Below, in pieces: positions 25,850-38,544 of a DNA stretch of 64,000 bases. The notes beneath the pieces are model-generated. The model made no database searches and was not told the origin of the DNA. It worked only from the letters and a program-made list of their open reading frames with translations. The position numbers and the translations under genes are program-made. Location of the stretch: NCBI RefSeq assembly GCF_009914755.1, contig NC_060935.1. One strand, written 5' to 3'. Position 1 is the stretch's first letter, and each line of letters starts with the position of its first letter. The DNA is from the human T2T-CHM13v2.0 reference genome, Homo sapiens.

Positions 25850-27301
25850 TGTTCTTTGTGTTCACATTTCTTTCTTTGGAAAATGCCAAAGGCTTGTCTT
25901 TTAGCACAAGGTGCTTGGTCTCCCTGTTGTGAAGGAATTTTGAAGGTTTCATGGCTTCATTTGATAGCTGGTCACTGCACATTATACAAAGCACACTTAG
26001 AGAATGTGAATCACCTGTTGCAATGAACCCATAATTTAAGAAGGACTCTTGGTATTTTCTTTTAAATGCAGCTTTCTTTTTGTTGGCAGTCTTAGAGTCT
26101 TGTGCTATCTCATCATTTGGTCTTTCCCTCTTTTCAAAGAAGTTCTCCAGTGATGTTTGTTTTTTACTAATTTTGGCTAGGGTTATCTTGTTGGCTTACC
26201 AAAACTGACTGAGATAAGCGCACAGTGCAGAAAAGAGGTGCAGATGGAAGTGGTAAATAAAATAATGGGTGGGCCACATGCAGACTAAATAAGTGTCGGA
26301 TTCTGACTTAAAGCCTGCCACCGAGGCAGCTGTACAATTGAAGTAAATCAACTCACTTGCCACTATACAGCCTGCCACTAAATGCAGCTTAATTGTCACT
26401 TGCCACTCACTGATAGGGTTTTGATATGTCTGCAAGCAGTTGATTTATTATGGTCTCTGTGCAGTCAAACCTCTCTGCTAATGTTTATCTGTATTTGCAG
26501 CCACTCACCAGTGCTAGCATTGCTGCCTTGGCTCCACCTCAGATCATCAGGCATTAGATTCTCATAAGGAGGGTGCAACCTAGATCCCTCGCATGTGCAG
26601 TTCACAGTAGGGTTTGCACTCCTATGAGAATCTAATGCCACTGCTGATCTGACAGGAGGTGGAGCTCAGGCCACAATGTGAGCTATGAGGAGGGGCTGTA
26701 AATACAGATGAAGCTTTGTTCGCCCCACCACTCACCTCCTGCTGTGAGGCCCAGTTCCTAACAGGCCATGGACTTGTACCAGTCTGTGGCCCAGGGGTTG
26801 GGAACCCGTGATCTAAATGACAAGGGCGGGATAGACATGCATGAAAAATAGACATTCAAAGGACTCTACCTTTTAATTTTTTTCACCAAAGGGCTGCAGT
26901 AAAATCTGGTCTGAGTGTTGTGAAGTCTCTGATCAGGCTGCCTCTCTGCTTGCTGGAGTCAAATCCAGTCTCATTTGTCTGCTAAGGAGCCAGTGGCTGT
27001 TTTGCCTCCTCATGAGTGGTCAGTTAGTCCAGGGCTAGCACATATCTAATTCATAGTTAACAAGGTTGTCAGATGAATGAGTGTATGAACTCTTGGCTCC
27101 TTACAGACTTGGTTTCTGTCCCACCTTCCTCAAACTCCTAAAATGATGACCATGCCCATGAAAAGCTACAATCCCAACCATCATATACCCTTGTACTAAC
27201 ATGCTTCGCTATACTTCACTTTATTTTCAGCCTTAATGATTCCAAAGAGAATTATAATTTTTGATCCAAATGACTAAGGCACTCTCTTATACAGCCTGTA
27301 A

Positions 27302-27420
27302 TTCCTTCCTTCCTTCCTTCCTTCCTTCCTTCCTTCCTTCCTTCCTTCCTTCCTTCCTTCCTTCCTTCCTTCCTTGCCTCCCTCCCTCCCTCCCTCCCTC
27401 CCTCCCTCCCTCCCTCCCTC
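27302..27420 (+). repeat. Compound microsatellite (TTCC)18 TTG (CCTC)11
   Basis: Counted directly: TTCC x18 at 27302-27373, CCTC x11 at 27377-27420. Confidence 0.97.
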
Positions 27421-27837
27421 AAATTATTGTTGAATTAAACCACAGGAATCTTAGCTACATACCTTGGAAGTCAGTATGTGAAGTCTTGTGTTGTTCTGCC
27501 CACTAAACTTTCATGCCCAAGGCACTTTGCCAACAGGCCCAAAGGGGATACTAAAGGGCTCATGTAGTTGACCTCATTTACCAGGACAGGAACATGTATT
27601 GGTTGCCATGAGCCCAAGGGTAGAGCTTCCTCTTCTGACCTCTTTATCCCTATAATAATGAGATAGAAGATGTAGGGGAAAATGCAAACTGGAGATGGCT
27701 AGAAGTGGAAGCCAGGGAGCCCATGGGTGACTATCCAGACAGTAGCCACAGAGGCAAGGTCTGTATACAGTTGGCAGCAGAGAGGTTTGAGATTAGGAAA
27801 CAACTATGGGCGTGGGCCCCCCAGGCAAGATGGGAAT

Positions 27838-27935
27838 GAAGAGGGGAGGGCAGGGAAGGGGAGGGGAGGGAAGGGGAGAGGAGGGGAGGGAAGAGGAGAG
27901 GAGGGGAGGGAAGGGAAAGGGAAGGAAGGGAAAAG
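27838..27935 (+). repeat. Polypurine GGAGG/GGAAG low-complexity tract
   Basis: About 100 nt of almost only G/A with many G3-G4 runs. Confidence 0.9.
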
Positions 27936-28866
27936 ACTTCTTGTTTTTGTCCTGGGAAAGCTGCTTCTAGACTGGAACTAGCAATTAGGCTAGGACAGGT
28001 GCCCAAGGCAGCTCTGAAGGTGACCTTCCCCAGGAAATCAGTGGCCCCAGCTATGAGGGTCAGAAGTCAGAGCTCATGGAGGCCTATGGTACATCCTTTG
28101 CACACCAGCCAAGGTTTCAGATTCTGCTCTGCTCTGTCCTACAGAGCAGCACTTGGCCCAGCAGAAGAGGTTTCTCCTCTAAGGAGGTTTCTCAACCTGA
28201 CCCAGGATAACCAAACCCCTTAGTAATGAAACTTCTGCACTTTGGGTCCTCATCCTCCCCAGGACAGTGCTTGGGCAACAGAGGCAGCATGTTGAATTGC
28301 TGGTTCTGTCAAGGCAGCTTTGGGAGAAGCTCTTAAGCTTCTGGACACCTCCTGAAATGACTACTGGGAAATTAGTAGTATCTTGACTTGATAGGTTGGA
28401 TGGCATGGAAGGTAGGGCTTTCCTGCAGACTTGACTGGGGCTGTCTGTGAGGCTGCTATCTTTTCTGCCAAAGCCCAAGGTCTCCACACACACAGTGTTC
28501 TCAGCCTTGACAATACTAGCATCTTCTTCCGCATATCATCCCGTCTAGAAATTGCAGGAGCCTCTATTATGAGGGCAAAGCATTAGAAGCAAAACCCACT
28601 TGATTTCAGACATTAAAGCAGTAGCAAGCTAGCAGCTTTAGATCGGAGAAGAGAGGCCAGCTGAATCCAGCTGTGAAGATAGGCCCTGGGTCTCTATGTA
28701 CCTACCCAAGTACAGGCTGGTTTCAGGAAAATGTCCTTCTCTGGCTTGTCTTTTGGCACTAATAGGTCAAATTAGGCACTAATATTGATGACCTTATGCA
28801 GATCACTCTCTCTCTCTGGGCCTCTATCTTCTCACATGTCAGATGGAGCATTAAAACTAGATCAGT

Positions 28867-29199
<333 letters not shown>

Positions 29200-30226
29200 T
29201 CAGCTCAAAAGCTCTTGCAACCCTAATACTCTGAGAGCTCCTCCTTCTGTTCCCTGCTGAGCCTGGACCTGCTTCTGGCCTCCCTGTGTCCTCAGCCATT
29301 GCTATTCCTTCTCTCACCTGCCTTACATTCTTGAGCCTGGGTTTCCTTTGCTTATTTTCTTACTGTGACCCAGAGATAGCTCATCTTTGCTGTTTCTCTC
29401 TTGCTTGCCCATTAACCATCTGTACTTCGCTATTAGTGAATGTGTTCATTATACTTGGCATAGCTCTTAAGTGTTTCTGGAGCTCCTTCACAAAAATTCT
29501 GTCACTAATTTTCACAAAGGAACTTGACCTGGAAGAACCCCACACAACTCAGTCTCCAGGGGGCCTGTTTTAGTCACTGAACCTTAGGGCCATCTATTCT
29601 GGATTAAGGCTTATTTCTTCTTACCTTGACACATCTATATGAGCTGAACTAGTTTCACATGAAAACTTGCTTCCACAGGGAACTTTAAGAAATTACAATG
29701 CTTTTAAAATAGGAGTTTATTAATCTCCTCTTCCAATATTAAAAGCTATTAACCAAATTATGTCTTGCTGGTTTGGGGGCTTTATAACCACAGAAATTAG
29801 ACTGTATTGATGTGACTCTCTCTTAGTTGCTTAAAGGGCAAATTTCCAGGCTGACCCAGCTCGAAGCCTGCAATGCCTTGAATAATTTTTCTCCAGGGGT
29901 CTCTGAGTGGTCACTGGCTACAGCCCTCCCCCATCTCTACAGTCAGAAGCTTTCAAGGAGGCTACAGTGATGAGAAGCAAGCTTCTCACAATTTATTAAT
30001 CAGGTATGGAGAAGGACTATTGAAGAACAGGCCCCTAGAGTGTCAGTAGCTAGCCTAAGACATTGATTTTTAGAGCTGCAGAGGAGCAACTGGCTTCTGG
30101 GCAAGGCCTTGGACATGATCTCAATAAGGAAAAGTGAGGCAATGACTTTCTTGAGAGCAGAGGAAACTCAAGGACATGTTTTCCTCATTCACTGAGGGAA
30201 AGCGTGGTGGGCAGGTACCTGTATTA

Positions 30227-32905
30227 TTTGAGACTGGATAGTTTATAAAGAAAAGAGGTTTAATTGACCCACAGTTCTGCAGGCTGTACAGGAGGCATGG
30301 TTGGAGAGGCCTCAGGAAACTTACAATCATGGCAGAAGGCAAAGGGGAAGCAAGCACATCTTCACATGGCTGACGAGAGAGAGGGAGAGAGAGAAGGGAG
30401 AGGTCTACACACTTTCAAACAACCAGATCTCATGAGAACTGTATCATCAAAACAGCAAGGGGGAAGTCCACCTCCATGATCCATTCACCCTCTACCTGAT
30501 CCCTCCTCCAACACTGGGAATTACAATTTGACATGAGATTTGGGTGGGGACACAGAGCCAACCATATCATTCTGCCCCTGGCCCCTCCAAAATCTCATGT
30601 CCTTCTCACATTTCAAAACACAATCATGCCTTCCCACCAGTCCCCTGAAGTCTTAAGTTATTCTTGCATTAACTCAAAAGTCCAAGTCCAAAGTCTCATC
30701 TGAGACTGGGCAAGTTTCTTCCACTACCTATGAGCCTGTAAAATCAGAAACAAGTTAGTTACTTCCAAGATACAATGGGGGTACAAACATTGAGTTAAAT
30801 GCTCCCATTCCAAAAAAGAGAAATTGTCCAAAGCAAAGGGCTACAGGCCCCATGCAAGTCCAGAACCCAGCAGGGCAAGTCATTAAATCTTAAAGCTCCA
30901 AAATAACCTCCTTCACTCCATATCTCACATCCAGGCCACACTGATGCAAGGGATGGACTCCTAAGGCCTTGAACTGTTCCACCCTTGTGACTCTGCAGGG
31001 TGCAGGCCTTGTGGCTACTTTCATGAGCCGGTGTTGAGTGCCTGCAGATTTTCCAGTTGCACAGTGCAAGGTGTCAGTGGATATACCATTCTGGGGTCTG
31101 GAGGATGGTGGCCCTGTTTTCACAGCTCCACTAGGCAGTGCCCCAGTTGGGTATCTGTGTGGGGGCTCTAACCCCACATTTTCCTCCTGCACTGCCCTAG
31201 CAGAGGTTCTCCATGAGGGCTCTGCCCCTGCAGCAGACTTCCGCCTGGACATCCAGGTGTTTCCATACATCCTCTGAAATCTTGGCAGAGGCTCCCAAGC
31301 ATCAACTCAACTCTTGATCTCTGCAAATCTGCACACTTAACACCACGTGGAAGCTGCCAAGGTTTTACACCCCCTGGAGCAGTGGCTTGAGACATATCTG
31401 GGGCCCTTTTAGCCATGGCTGGAGCTGGAGTAGCTGCAATGCAGGGCATGGTGTCCAGAGGCTGCACAGAGCAGTGGGGCCCTGGGCCTGGCACATAAAA
31501 CCATGTTTTCCTCCTAGGCCTCTGGGCCTGTGATGGGAGGGGCTGCTATAAAGATCTCTGAAGTGTCTTCCAGGCATTTTCCCCATTGTCTTGGCTATTA
31601 GCATTTGGTACCTTTACTTATGCAAATTTCTGCAGCAGGCTTGAATTCCTCCCATGAAATGTTTTTTTTTTTTCTACCACATGGCCAGGGTGCAAATTTC
31701 TCAAGCTTTTATGCTCTGCTTCCCTTTTAAATATAAGCTCCAATTTCAGGTCATTTTTTTTTTTTTTTGCTTATACAAATGAGTGTAGGCTTTTGGAAGC
31801 AGCCAGGCCAAATCTTGAATGCTTTGCTGCTTAGAAATTTCTTCCACCAGATACCCTAAATATATCATCTTTCTCAAGTTCAAAGTTTAACAGATCCCTA
31901 GAGCAGGGGCACAATGCCACCAATCTCTTTGCTAAAGCATAGCAAGAGTGACCTTTACTCCAGTTCCCACTAAGTTTCTTATCTCCATCTGAGACCTCCT
32001 CAGTCCAGACTTCATTGTCCATATTACTATCAGCATTTTGTTCACAACAATTTAACAATTCTCTAGGAAGTTCCAAACTTTCCCTCATCTTCCTGTCTTC
32101 TTCTGAGCTCTTCAAATTGTTCCAACCTCTGTCCCTTACCCAGTTCCAAAGTTGCTTCCACATTTTCAGGTATCTTTATAGCAATACCCCACTCTCAGTA
32201 CCAGTTTTTTTTTTTTTTTTTTTTTTTTTTTGAGACAGGGTCTCACTCTGTCACCCAGGCTGAAGTGCAGTGGCATGATCTTGGCTCACTGCAACCTCTG
32301 CCTCCTGGGTTCAAGTGATTCTCCCACCTCAGCCTCCTGAGTAGCTGGGAGCTGGGACTACAGGTGCATGCCACCATGCCCAGCTAATTTTTGTATTTTT
32401 TGGTAGAGACGGGGTTTCACTATGTTGGCCAGGCTTGTCTCGAATTCCTGCCTTTAAGTGATTCACATGCCTCTGCCTCCCAAAGTGCTGGCATTACAGG
32501 CATGATCCACCACACCTGGCCCAATTTTCTGTATTAGTCTGTTCTCACATTGCTATAAAAACCTACCTGAGACTGGGTAGTTTATAAAGAAAGAAGTTTA
32601 TTTGACTCACAGATCTGCAGGCTGTGCAGGAGGCATGGCTGGAGAGGCCTCAGGGAACTTACAATCATGGTGGAAGTTGGAGGGGAAGAAAACACATCTT
32701 TACATGGCTGGCAGGAGAGAGAGAGGGGGAAGGGGGAGGTGCTACACACTTTCAAACAGTCAGATCTCATGAGAACTGTATTGTGAGAACGGCAAGGGGG
32801 AAGTCCGCCCGCATGATTCAGTCATCTCCCATTAGGCCCCTCCTTCAACACTGGGAATTACAATTTGACATGGGATTTGGGTGGGGACAAAGAGCCAAAC
32901 GATAC
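30227..32905 (-). mobile_element. Full MaLR provirus (MSTA/THE1D-like): LTR 32530-32905, internal 30570-32529, LTR about 30227-30569
   Basis: Two direct LTR copies ending GGGGACA(C/A)AGAGCCAA; about 1.6 kb of THE1/MST-internal sequence; remnant [12 protein letters not shown]...WSKGHSCYALAKRLVALCPC. Confidence 0.9.
32205..32521 (-). mobile_element. Alu (S/J-like) inserted next to the MaLR 5' LTR
   Basis: Poly-T, GAGACAGGGTCTCACTCTGTCACCCAGGCT...CACCTGGCC; flanks CCAGTTTT / CCAATTTT. Confidence 0.93.
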
Positions 32906-33334
32906 AATGTAGGTATATAGAAAGAGATTTATGAGGGACTGGAAGGTCTGGAAGCTGGAGCCCAGGTGGGCCAGTGGTGTAAATCCCAGTCCAAGCCTAA
33001 AGTTCCAAGAACTGGAGAGCCAATAGTGTAAGTACCAGTCTGCATCTGAAAGCCAGGGAAACAGAAGCGCTTATGTCCAAGTGCAGGAGAAGATGAATGC
33101 ACCAGCTCAGACAGAGAGAGATAATTCACCTTCCTTCTGCCTGTTTGTTCTATGCATGGCCTCGGCAGACTGGATGTTACCCACCCTCTTTGGGTGATCT
33201 TCTTTGCTCAGTCTACCCATTCAAATGCTAATCTGTTTCAGAAACATCCTCACAAACATGCACAGAAATAATGTTTTACCAGCTACCTGGGCATCCCTTA
33301 GTCCAGTCGAGTTGACATAAAATTAACCATCAGA
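32906..33334 (-). mobile_element. MLT2B-like ERVL LTR (host of the MaLR provirus)
   Basis: CAGAAATAATGTTTTACCAGCTACCTGGGCATCCCTTAGTCCAGTCGAGTTGACATAAAATTAACCATCA. Confidence 0.8.
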
Positions 33335-33659
33335 GTGCCCAAGGAGATATGACTTAAATGATGTTAGGAGACCAACCGCTTCCAAATATCTCTCATCTTT
33401 CCATGATGCTACCTACCATTGGGGCTTTGCATTTCTTGCTAGAGACCTAAGCTATGCCAAGCACAATCCTGGTGCTGAAAATACAAGTGAAATAAGACCT
33501 AGCTCCTGACCTTATGGAACTTCTGGCTTATTTTGGAGCTTGATAGGACTAGTTGGCTGTGAGGTTAAATTATAATAGCTGTAGGATGTCCCCCAGCATT
33601 TTGACTTAGGAACTGAGTGGAAGCTCTGAAATACTGATGTTAGTTACTCTCATACATGT

Positions 33660-35050
33660 TAGGAGGGAGTGTCCCAGCATTTTTCAAAAGCCAGCACCTC
33701 TAGGCTCTGGGTCCATCCTCCTCCACCCTCTTGTTTTTCACTCTTGCATCAATTTGCTCCTTTACACTGGACCATTCTCATCAGCATGCAAACATGTCTG
33801 TTTTCTGCTATTTTTAATCCCTCTCTTTGACTTCTGACCTTACTGCTGCTGTTTTATAAAAAAGTTATCTCTGTCACTTTTTCCTTGCCTTTCATTCTCT
33901 CTCCACCTTACATCAGTCAGGCCAGTGAAATGGCTCTTGAAAAGGTCACTAAGGGTTCCCTTGTTGCCAAATCCAGGGGTTATATTTCTGGCTTCATCTT
34001 ACTTGATATCTCTAGCATTTTTGACATAACTGGGTATTCCCTCTTTATTCAAATTTATCTTGTTTTTTATGACTCCACTTCACTGGCCACTTTTTCTTAA
34101 TTTCCTTTCCTGACCCTTCTTTTTCTTCTGAACCTCTAAATTTTAGAGAGCCCCACTGTAACTGCCCAAGAGTTTCACCTTGCCCACTGCCTAGACAGAG
34201 CCAATTTATCAAGACGGGAATTGCAATGGAGAAAGAGTAATTCATGCAGAGCCAGCTGTGCAAGAGACTGGAGTTATTTTTATTACTCAAATTAGTCTCC
34301 TGAAAACTCAGAGATCAGAGTTTTTAGGATAATTTGGTGGGTAGGGGGCCAGTGAATCGGGAGTGCTGATTGGTTGGCTCGGGGATGAAATCATAGGGAG
34401 TCGAAGCTGTTCTCTTATGCTGAGTCAGTTCCTGGGCAGAGGCCACACAACTGGTTGGCAGGTCCAGGTGGGGCCACCTGGTTGTTAGAAATGTGAAAAC
34501 CTGAAAAGACACCTCAAAAGGGCGATCTTAGGTTCACAATAGTGATGTTACCTTTAAGAGTAATTGGGAAAGTTGCGAATCTTATGACCTCTGGAATAAT
34601 GGCTCGTAATATTTAGAATTCCAGCTCTTCTCATTCTGACTTGGTGGCTGGTGGCCTTTCATTCATTCTGCAAGAACAGTTTAGCTTTGGGGAAGGGCTA
34701 TTATTTAAACTATAAGCTAAATTCCTCCCCAAGGCTAGTTTGACCTATGACCAGGAATGGATAAGGACAATTTAGAGGTTAGAGGCAAGATGGAGTTGGT
34801 TAGGTCTGATGTCTTTCACTGTCATAATTTCCTCAATTATAATTTTGCAAAGGCAGTTTCACTGCCCCAGGCCCTCTACTCCTCTCTGCCCTCTTAATCT
34901 GAGTGAGCCTCTCTGCTTCCATGGCTTCAAATACTGCTGATGACTCCTAAATTTAGTTACCCTCTGAGCTCCAGATTTATAATTAAATTGCTTATTTGAC
35001 ATCTCTATTTAACACTTGGCATGACAGAAACAAAAATATTGATTTCTGTG
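33660..35050 (+). mobile_element. L2 fragment split by LTR8
   Basis: TTGTTGCCAAATCCAGGGG...CTTCATCTTACTTGA...CAGCATTTTTGACA before the LTR and CCATGGCTTCAAATAC..TGATGACTCC after it. Confidence 0.6.
34157..34861 (-). mobile_element. LTR8-family ERV1 solo LTR
   Basis: Reverse complement starts TGAAACTGCCTTTGCAAAATTATAATTGAGGAAATTATGACAGTGAAAG; 705 bp; TG...CA ends. Confidence 0.87.
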
Positions 35051-36451
35051 AATAGTTAATTATCCACAAAACTGTGCATAGTTATCCTCCTGTGGATAAA
35101 TAGTTAGCAAAACTCTTCCCTTCTGCATAAGAATCTGACTTTCAAGCTTTTTAGCTACGTTCTCCTAATAACCTGAAGATGGTAAGAATGTCAACTCTGT
35201 TACTAGGCAATGTCACTTAGAGTGAAAATGACCCCTGGTAGGTAATCTAAACCTGGAGTGGGAGGAAGTATAAATGAACCGTAAATGCCTCCTGTGAGAG
35301 CACGCTTTGGAGCTTCTCTGTGTGTGGCAGTTCTTGTAATTGTCATGGCTCCTGTAGGCAATGAAGCTATTAAGCTAGGGAAGCCCCTGCACCTGACTGA
35401 TATAGATGCAGAAAATCATAATGTGGTTCTGGCATGGAGAGCTTTTTCAGCTTTTCTCTGTTGAAAATCTCCATCATTCTTACCTTTATCACTGAGAATC
35501 CAGAATCCTTCTGGATCTATATACTGCAATTTTCTTCACGTTTTTGCTTTCCCTATTGTTGGACATTTAGGTTTTTTCAATTTCTGCTATTATAGATAAT
35601 GCTGCAGTGAAGAGCCTCATACATACAGATTTGCCCTCCTTTTGAATTATCTCCTCATTCTAAATTACAATGAATAAAATTACTGGGTGTGAATAATTTT
35701 ATGATTTTCAATATATACTGCCATGTTCCTGTTTTATATCCAGTGCCAGAAAGTATGTACACATTAATTTTACTGAAAAATCTGTTGCACTAGTGTTATT
35801 ATTACACATTCCTTGCCAAGTTAATAGATATAAAAACATACATTATTGTTTAATGTAAATTTTGTTGCACCCTCAACCCGTGTTTGCTATCTACATTTTT
35901 TCTGTTTATATCTTTGCTGATTTAGCTATGAGAGCATTTATGATATTTATAATATATTAGAATACATTTTATATGTTATACATAATAGTCCATTTCTCTA
36001 ACATTTAAGACAAATGCTTCTGCTGTTTTCATTTTCATTATGGTTAGTTTATTCTTGTACACAAGCTATTATTGATCTTTTCCTTCATGAATTCTTTCAA
36101 AGTTTCAAAGTTCAGGCATTATCATCTAAATAAATGTATAAAAACTCTTGGTTCTATTCTGTGAAATTTATTCACATTAAATTATTTAACAAATTCTTAA
36201 TTTTAAATGTACATTTTTGGATGTAACTTGATTTTTCCCCAAACTGGTAATCCAGTGGTAGCTTCAGAGTCTGTATGTTGGGGACTTGTGGAGCAACCTT
36301 GCTAAAAGCGCGGGCAGATTCCTGGTCTTGCAACTGCACTTGTACAGCATGCATGTTGTTTTAATTTAGACCTCATGCTATTTGGTAGCTTGTGATAATA
36401 GTAAGAATGATGGAGATTTTGAACAGAGAAAAGCTAAGAAGCTCTCCAAGC

Positions 36452-36688
36452 CAGAACCACATTATAATTTTCATGACTCATAGGAACTTTTGCTTTTATG
36501 AGTGCCTTTCTTCATGAAAATATTAAAAATTATATTTTACAACTGCTTTGTTATTATACTCCAGGATGGATTATCATATGTTCATTATTACTATTGTATT
36601 ATTTTTTCTTATTTTAAAAGATCTTAAAATGAAAACATTTTTGTGGTCACTAAACTGCCTTTTGTGCCTAGTGGATAAGTTAACCCTG
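36452..36688. mobile_element. Non-autonomous hAT-Tip100-type element (MER96B-like)
   Basis: CAG... start, ...GTGCCTAGTGGATAAGTTAACCCTG end, internal AAAATATTAAAAATTATATTTTAC. Confidence 0.5.
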
Positions 36689-38544
36689 CCCCAAATTACC
36701 CCTTAGCACTAATTAACTCTCTTTATCTAAAGTATTGGGCCTGCTTCTTGCCTTTTTATTCTGTTCTTCTGATACGCATTTGTCTTATATAAGAACCACA
36801 GTATTTAACTATTATTATTTTTAATATGTTCTAATAGTTTTTAGAGCTGACCTATATCCCCAGATTTCTTCTTTTTAAGTTTCTTGACCACCTGTTTTTC
36901 CAAGTGAATTTTAGAATTGCTCTGTTTATTTTAATAGAGTCCTCTTGAATTTGCATTGTATTTGTAAGTTATCTCATTGAGAGATGACATCTTTATAAAG
37001 TTACAACAGTTTGCTATTTTGCTCTATAAACAAAATACCATTACCATGCTAGAGAGAGAGTTTAATAGGAATTGAGACAGAGGCCAGAAATTGGGTAAAG
37101 AAGAACCTGTACTTTTTTAGGGTGAGTGACCAACTAGGGGTGCTCAGTGAGGCTGGGACAAAAGCTCCCATGAACCAAGATAGCCCCAGAAGTAGGTCTC
37201 AAGCCAGCCCTATAGGACAAGTGCTTAGTTTATTCTTCAGATGAGGGGAAAGGGGATGCCCATGGGGTGAGACTAAAGACCATTCTTTTGGCCAAACCCA
37301 CCTGCTCCCAATCTGGCATTCTAAAGAGGCTATAGTTTGATAATATGAATATTAGGATTATACACAAGTTTAAACAAGACATTTTGTTTTTCCATGCACA
37401 TATCCTTGAGGCCAATGAGTAGTGGTAGGAATAGAAGAGATGAGAAGGTGGAGGCTGACCAATATGGCAGCATATTTAATCATCACTTATAACCATCTTG
37501 CTCCTCTCCCTTTTTTCTTTCATGAGAAACATTTTATTTATAGTTATAACTTTATATTTTTTAAATATGAAAGACAATCATTTAAGGACAGACTTGCAAA
37601 ATTCAGAGGCCTTCCTCCCTAAGTCCAAGTCTTTAGTGTTGAAAGTGAAAAATCATGATACTTCAAGTGAATGACTTACAGGTATTGTCTGCTATGAATA
37701 GACATAACTCTAATATAAAGGCCGTTAGAGGAAATTGAGTAACTTTAATGTAGAGAGAATTTGGATTTATATTATATTTTATAAGTCACATGCTGAGGTT
37801 ATACTTGGCAAGCTATTTCCTTTTATGAATCATGAATAGGACCTAGGCTGGGAAGATTTTTGTGCCTCCAAGAAAAAGATGAAAGGTGTGATCTGAAAAC
37901 TTAAACTTTCAAAATTTCAAAGGCAATGTTTTATTTCAATTTTAATGTTATGGGGCACATTAGAGCAACTTACTGGAAAATCTCTCTGTGGGTCTATGCT
38001 TGCCTACTCATCATGCCCAGAAGTATACAGTTATCTTTATACTCAAAGAAGCACCCCCTCACTCCAAATAAATCAAATAATGACCTATATGTGTACCAGG
38101 GATATACATTAGTTTCCAACACTGATCAATGTTGTTCAGTATCTCTCTAAACAAAATCTCATCCTATATTTGAGATGTGTGAGTAGATTTTTAAAAGGGG
38201 ACAAGCTGAATAAACAGAAAAAAATTCTCATGATGAAATAGGGAATTTAGCTTAAAGTTATGAACTGATCACATTCTTAAACATCAAATAGAAGTAAAAG
38301 TAAATTAATTTTAGAAAATATAAACTCAGGCTAATAAAAACTCCCAGTTATTAAGTACCAATGAATGTGAACTAAAATTTAAAAATCACAAAAATATACA
38401 TGAAACAAGTCATCATACGCAAATGTCATCAGAAATAAGAAACTAAAGAATCAGACCCACAAATAATGCAGATATAGGACTTACTGGTTTCAAAATAAGT
38501 TTGTCTAATATTTTTGAGTAAATTAAAAGTGACGTTACAAGTTG

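Larger units (their letters stand above)
23615..26810 (-). mobile_element. Near full-length Charlie3/MER1-family hAT DNA transposon with decayed transposase (minus strand)
   Basis: Perfect 8-bp TSD ATCTAAAT (23607-23614 and 26811-26818); TIRs CAATGGTCCCCAACC / GGTTGGGAACCCGTG; MER1 sequence at both ends; transposase fragments CIMCSDQLSNEAMKPSK, YAIQVDKST, AAAMTG..HCVSHREMLAS and LLPFPTSYLCEAGFS. Confidence 0.92.

Noticed and set aside
23894-25994. ZBED5/Buster-like peptide fragments suggesting a domesticated transposase
   Set aside because: Spread over several frames with stops, interrupted by a THE1 LTR, and bounded by TIRs and a TSD; a decayed transposon.
27261-28006. Low-complexity ORFs (PSFL, PPSL and GRGG repeats)
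   Set aside because: Translations of microsatellite and polypurine tracts; no splice or start context.
35047-35107. TTATCCACA (35060-35068) and TGTGGATAA (35091-35099) resemble inverted bacterial DnaA boxes
   Set aside because: Human context. It is a small degenerate repeat (CTGTG.ATAGTTA x3) with an inverted 9-mer at an L2 edge, and nothing else suggests bacterial DNA.
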